A stretch of 37,765 nt of DNA from IMG/VR virus record IMGVR_UViG_3300032135_000028, positions 1 through 37,765 of that record, one strand, 5' to 3'. Source of the stretch: a virus (taxonomy: Duplodnaviria > Caudoviricetes). Positions 35,257 through 37,765 of the stretch are shown piece after piece; within the stretch, counting starts at the first letter, position 1, and every line of letters begins with the position of its first letter. Both the position numbers and the translations under genes were made by a program. The notes under the pieces were generated by a model that saw nothing but the letters and a program-made list of their open reading frames with translations, had not been told where the DNA came from and did not search any database.

Positions 35257-35547
35257 ATGAGCGAACTGCAGCATGTGCCGACCGTGCTCGAACTCGCAGC
35301 ACAAGGCCACGCGCGACCCGTGCACGTGAAGAGCGGCGTCGCATACGTCATCGACGAGCAAGGGCAGACGCTCATGCGTGCGGCGATGAAACACAACGCG
35401 AAGATCGGACAACTCGAAGACGAGACACGAATCGCGAACACAGCGCGTCAGCGCTTCATCTGGGAGATGCACAACGGGCGCAGCACACAGCGCGCAACGC
35501 CGAACGTGCCACACGACAAGCGCGCACGACAGGAGACAGCAGCATGA
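35257..35547 (+). CDS. hypothetical protein
   Basis: Coupled ORF; a 25-codon ORF 35183..35260 bridges the upstream gap. Confidence 0.6.
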   Translation: MSELQHVPTVLELAAQGHARPVHVKSGVAYVIDEQGQTLMRAAMKHNAKIGQLEDETRIANTARQRFIWEMHNGRSTQRATPNVPHDKRARQETAA

Positions 35548-35900
35548 GCAATCTAGTCAAGCACGCACAGGTCGAGTTGGCCCGCATCGGCGAAGAAACC
35601 GATACGGTCGAGGGCTACCTCAAGGTGATCCAAGCCTTCGCAGACATGAGGCACAGCGGTGGGTCGGCATCGGTCGCGATCCCCGTCATCAACCAACTGC
35701 TCCAGTTCAAGAACCTCGCGCCACTGTCCGATGATCCCGACGAGTGGATGAACGTATCCGACATGAGCGACTCCGAGATGTGGCAGAACAGGCGCAACTC
35801 CGAGGCATTCTCGCACGACGGCGGCAAGACGTACTGGCTTCTGTCTGAGGGCGCGAACGATGGCAACCGTGCACCTCTCCACGCGGCGGTGTCATCATGA
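35544..35900 (+). CDS. conserved-looking hypothetical phage protein
   Basis: AGGAG SD; FADMRHSGGSA...LAPLSDDPDEW...WQNRRNSEAFSHDGGKTY. Confidence 0.75.
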   Translation: MSNLVKHAQVELARIGEETDTVEGYLKVIQAFADMRHSGGSASVAIPVINQLLQFKNLAPLSDDPDEWMNVSDMSDSEMWQNRRNSEAFSHDGGKTYWLLSEGANDGNRAPLHAAVSS

Positions 35901-36100
35901 TCGACAACGACGCGAACGACATGGACGAAGAGCAGAATCTCGTCGAAGCACTACGCGAAGCAGCGAGTCTGTCAGTCGCTTCGCTCGTCCCGAAGAGCAT
36001 GCTGCTCAACATCGCAGACACACTCGAAGCACAAGAGCACCGCATCGACAAGATGCTCATCTCGCACAGCAGCGACACGATCAAGAGCGTGAAGTCGTGA
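35897..36100 (+). CDS. hypothetical protein
   Basis: ATGA-coupled. Confidence 0.6.
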   Translation: MIDNDANDMDEEQNLVEALREAASLSVASLVPKSMLLNIADTLEAQEHRIDKMLISHSSDTIKSVKS

Positions 36101-36186
36101 GACGCCACGTGCGCAACGGCAACGCAGCGCTCATCGTCCCCATCATGGGCGTCGTGCTCGTGCTCGTCTGGGTGGGTGCACTATGA
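36097..36186 (+). CDS. very small membrane peptide (29 aa)
   Basis: GTGA/ATGA coupled on both sides; single TM helix. Confidence 0.5.
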   Translation: MRRHVRNGNAALIVPIMGVVLVLVWVGAL

Positions 36187-36710
36187 GCGCCGCACTGCCA
36201 TATCGCGAGAGCGACGACACACGCACGACAGGCTGGTCAGGAACAGACACGAGTCGAGAGCGTGCACTGCGCGAGAACAAGACGGCAGGCGCGAAGCAGC
36301 GGCTCGTGCTGCAGCAGGTGTCGATCATCGGTGCTCATGGCATCACAGTCGCCGAACTGTGTGAAGCGACCGGCTGGCATCACGGCACAGCGTCAGGCGT
36401 GCTCTCGAATCTCGACAAGGCTGGCGTGATCGTCATGCTCGAAGAACGACGCGATCGTCAGCACGTCTATACGCTGTCGCGCTTCAAGTACGGGCGTGAT
36501 CTTGCGAAGCGTCGCGTCAAGCAACACGCAGACATTCTCGACGCACAGGCATACATTCTGTTCGAGCAACAGCGTCAGAACGCAGCACGACGCAACGTGC
36601 TCGGCATGCTCGGACATCTCTCATGGTCAGAGCAGACAGAGATCACGCGTGCAACATGGCGCGAAGAGGCTCGAAGCATCATCGAAGCAGCAGAGAGCGA
36701 GCAATCATGA
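36183..36710 (+). CDS. winged HTH DNA-binding protein
   Basis: GITVAELCEATGWHHGTASGVLSNLDKAGVI. Confidence 0.8.
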   Translation: MSAALPYRESDDTRTTGWSGTDTSRERALRENKTAGAKQRLVLQQVSIIGAHGITVAELCEATGWHHGTASGVLSNLDKAGVIVMLEERRDRQHVYTLSRFKYGRDLAKRRVKQHADILDAQAYILFEQQRQNAARRNVLGMLGHLSWSEQTEITRATWREEARSIIEAAESEQS

Positions 36711-37012
36711 GCAACGTAAGCGACGAGGCCGTGGAGGCGGCACATTATGCGGCCCAGCGCTCTATCACCGAGAACGAGACGGACCTTCTGAATCTCAGCA
36801 TGGTTCGACGGACCATTGGCGACGTCGTTGATGCCGCCCTCACCGCCGCCGCGCCGTTCATGGTTCCTAGCAAGGAACAACTCGACGCCGAGTGGAAGCG
36901 CGTTTGGGGCTTTCGAGCCGAGACGCGCTCTCGGATGGAAGAGAGGAGTGCCCGCATGTGGTTCGACCGAGGCGTTGATGCCGCCTACCTAGCAGAAGGA
37001 ACTGAAGCATGA
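36707..37012 (+). CDS. hypothetical protein
   Basis: ATGA-coupled; N-terminus resembles that of 30543..31598. Confidence 0.65.
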   Translation: MSNVSDEAVEAAHYAAQRSITENETDLLNLSMVRRTIGDVVDAALTAAAPFMVPSKEQLDAEWKRVWGFRAETRSRMEERSARMWFDRGVDAAYLAEGTEA

Positions 37013-37251
37013 AGTGGGGCGAACAGCCGATGCGCATCATTCTCGGCGAGCCGCCGAAGATGCCGATGCTCGACGAGACGTTCCTGTCGCGACAGCCACA
37101 GCCACCACTCGACGCACGCGACGGCGATCTCTGGCTGAAGCCAGTGCCAGTCGTCAAGCGCGACAACGTCGACAGAGCGCTCGAAGTCGCCCAGTACGTC
37201 GTGTTCGTGCTGCTCGGCATCGGCACCGTGCTCGCGGCGGCCACACGATGA
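37009..37251 (+). CDS. small membrane protein
   Basis: Coupled ORF; C-terminal TM helix. Confidence 0.6.
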   Translation: MKWGEQPMRIILGEPPKMPMLDETFLSRQPQPPLDARDGDLWLKPVPVVKRDNVDRALEVAQYVVFVLLGIGTVLAAATR

Positions 37252-37622
37252 GCGACCCAACCAAGACGCTCGCCGTGTGTGAGGCGGCGGGTGTGCTTCC
37301 GTGGACCGTGTTCCCGCATGTGTTTGGAGACGACGGGAAGATTGAGTTCTACGCCATCGGCCCGGACGACGACGAGCGGCACACCATCGACACTCAGAGC
37401 AAAGTAGCCGCCGACTTCATCGCGGCGTCGAGCACCGAACTGCCCGCCTATGCCGCGTTCGCGCGGGACGTGCTGGCGTTGCATCGGCCAGACTGGTCCG
37501 ACTGGGGTCACGATCACCCCGAAGAGCAACCAAATTGCATCTGCGGATACAACGGTGCATACGAGGACTGCCCCACCGTCCAACTCGCCACCAAGTACGA
37601 GATCGAGGCAAGCGATGACTGA
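37248..37622 (+). CDS. hypothetical protein (Ead/Ea22-like layout with a C-terminal Cys cluster)
   Basis: LPW...ADFIAASSTELP...VLALHRP...CIC...CPTV. Confidence 0.65.
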   Translation: MSDPTKTLAVCEAAGVLPWTVFPHVFGDDGKIEFYAIGPDDDERHTIDTQSKVAADFIAASSTELPAYAAFARDVLALHRPDWSDWGHDHPEEQPNCICGYNGAYEDCPTVQLATKYEIEASDD

Positions 37623-37765
37623 CGACTACGCACCGACGATCGAACGTATCGAGGATATGTATTCGTGGGCGTATGCGTGGCGCACAGCAGATGATCTCGA
37701 CGACGGCGAGACGGACCTGGCCGAAATGCGTGAGTCGCAGCGGGCAGAGTTCCGACGCTCACTTG
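37615..37765 (+). CDS. hypothetical protein running off the window end (continues into positions 1-17 if circular)
   Basis: GAGG SD, ATG 37615, 50 open codons up to the end. Confidence 0.6.
   Translation, partial: MTDDYAPTIERIEDMYSWAYAWRTADDLDDGETDLAEMRESQRAEFRRSL

Overview
The window looks like a complete, or nearly complete, circularly permuted 37.8-kb genome of a high-GC siphovirus, most likely infecting an actinobacterium (inferred from gene content). The ORF at the right end reads through the join into position 1 and stops in an ATGA overlap. Gene order on the + strand is: terminase small and large subunits, portal, MuF/minor capsid, scaffold, major capsid, head-tail joining proteins, major tail, tail chaperone with a -1 frameshift, tape measure, minor tails, lysis cassette, YqaJ/RecT recombination pair, HNH, replication initiator with iterons, DnaB, RusA, SSB, ParB-like, HTH proteins and many small ORFs. 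I found no integrase, repressor, tRNA or CRISPR. The most notable locus is the minor capsid gene (5053..8013). It carries a 273-aa intein with no in-frame endonuclease. An HTH + Vsr/DUF559-type endonuclease gene with its own GGAGGT ribosome-binding site is instead encoded on the opposite strand, entirely inside the intein. The same protein carries a C-terminal papain-fold toxin-like domain and is followed by a candidate immunity gene. Other points of interest are a terminase mini-intein, a nested-stem intergenic RNA candidate in the head module, repeated gene-junction motifs, and a probable internally deleted gene after parB. All family calls come from motif recognition by eye, not from database searches.
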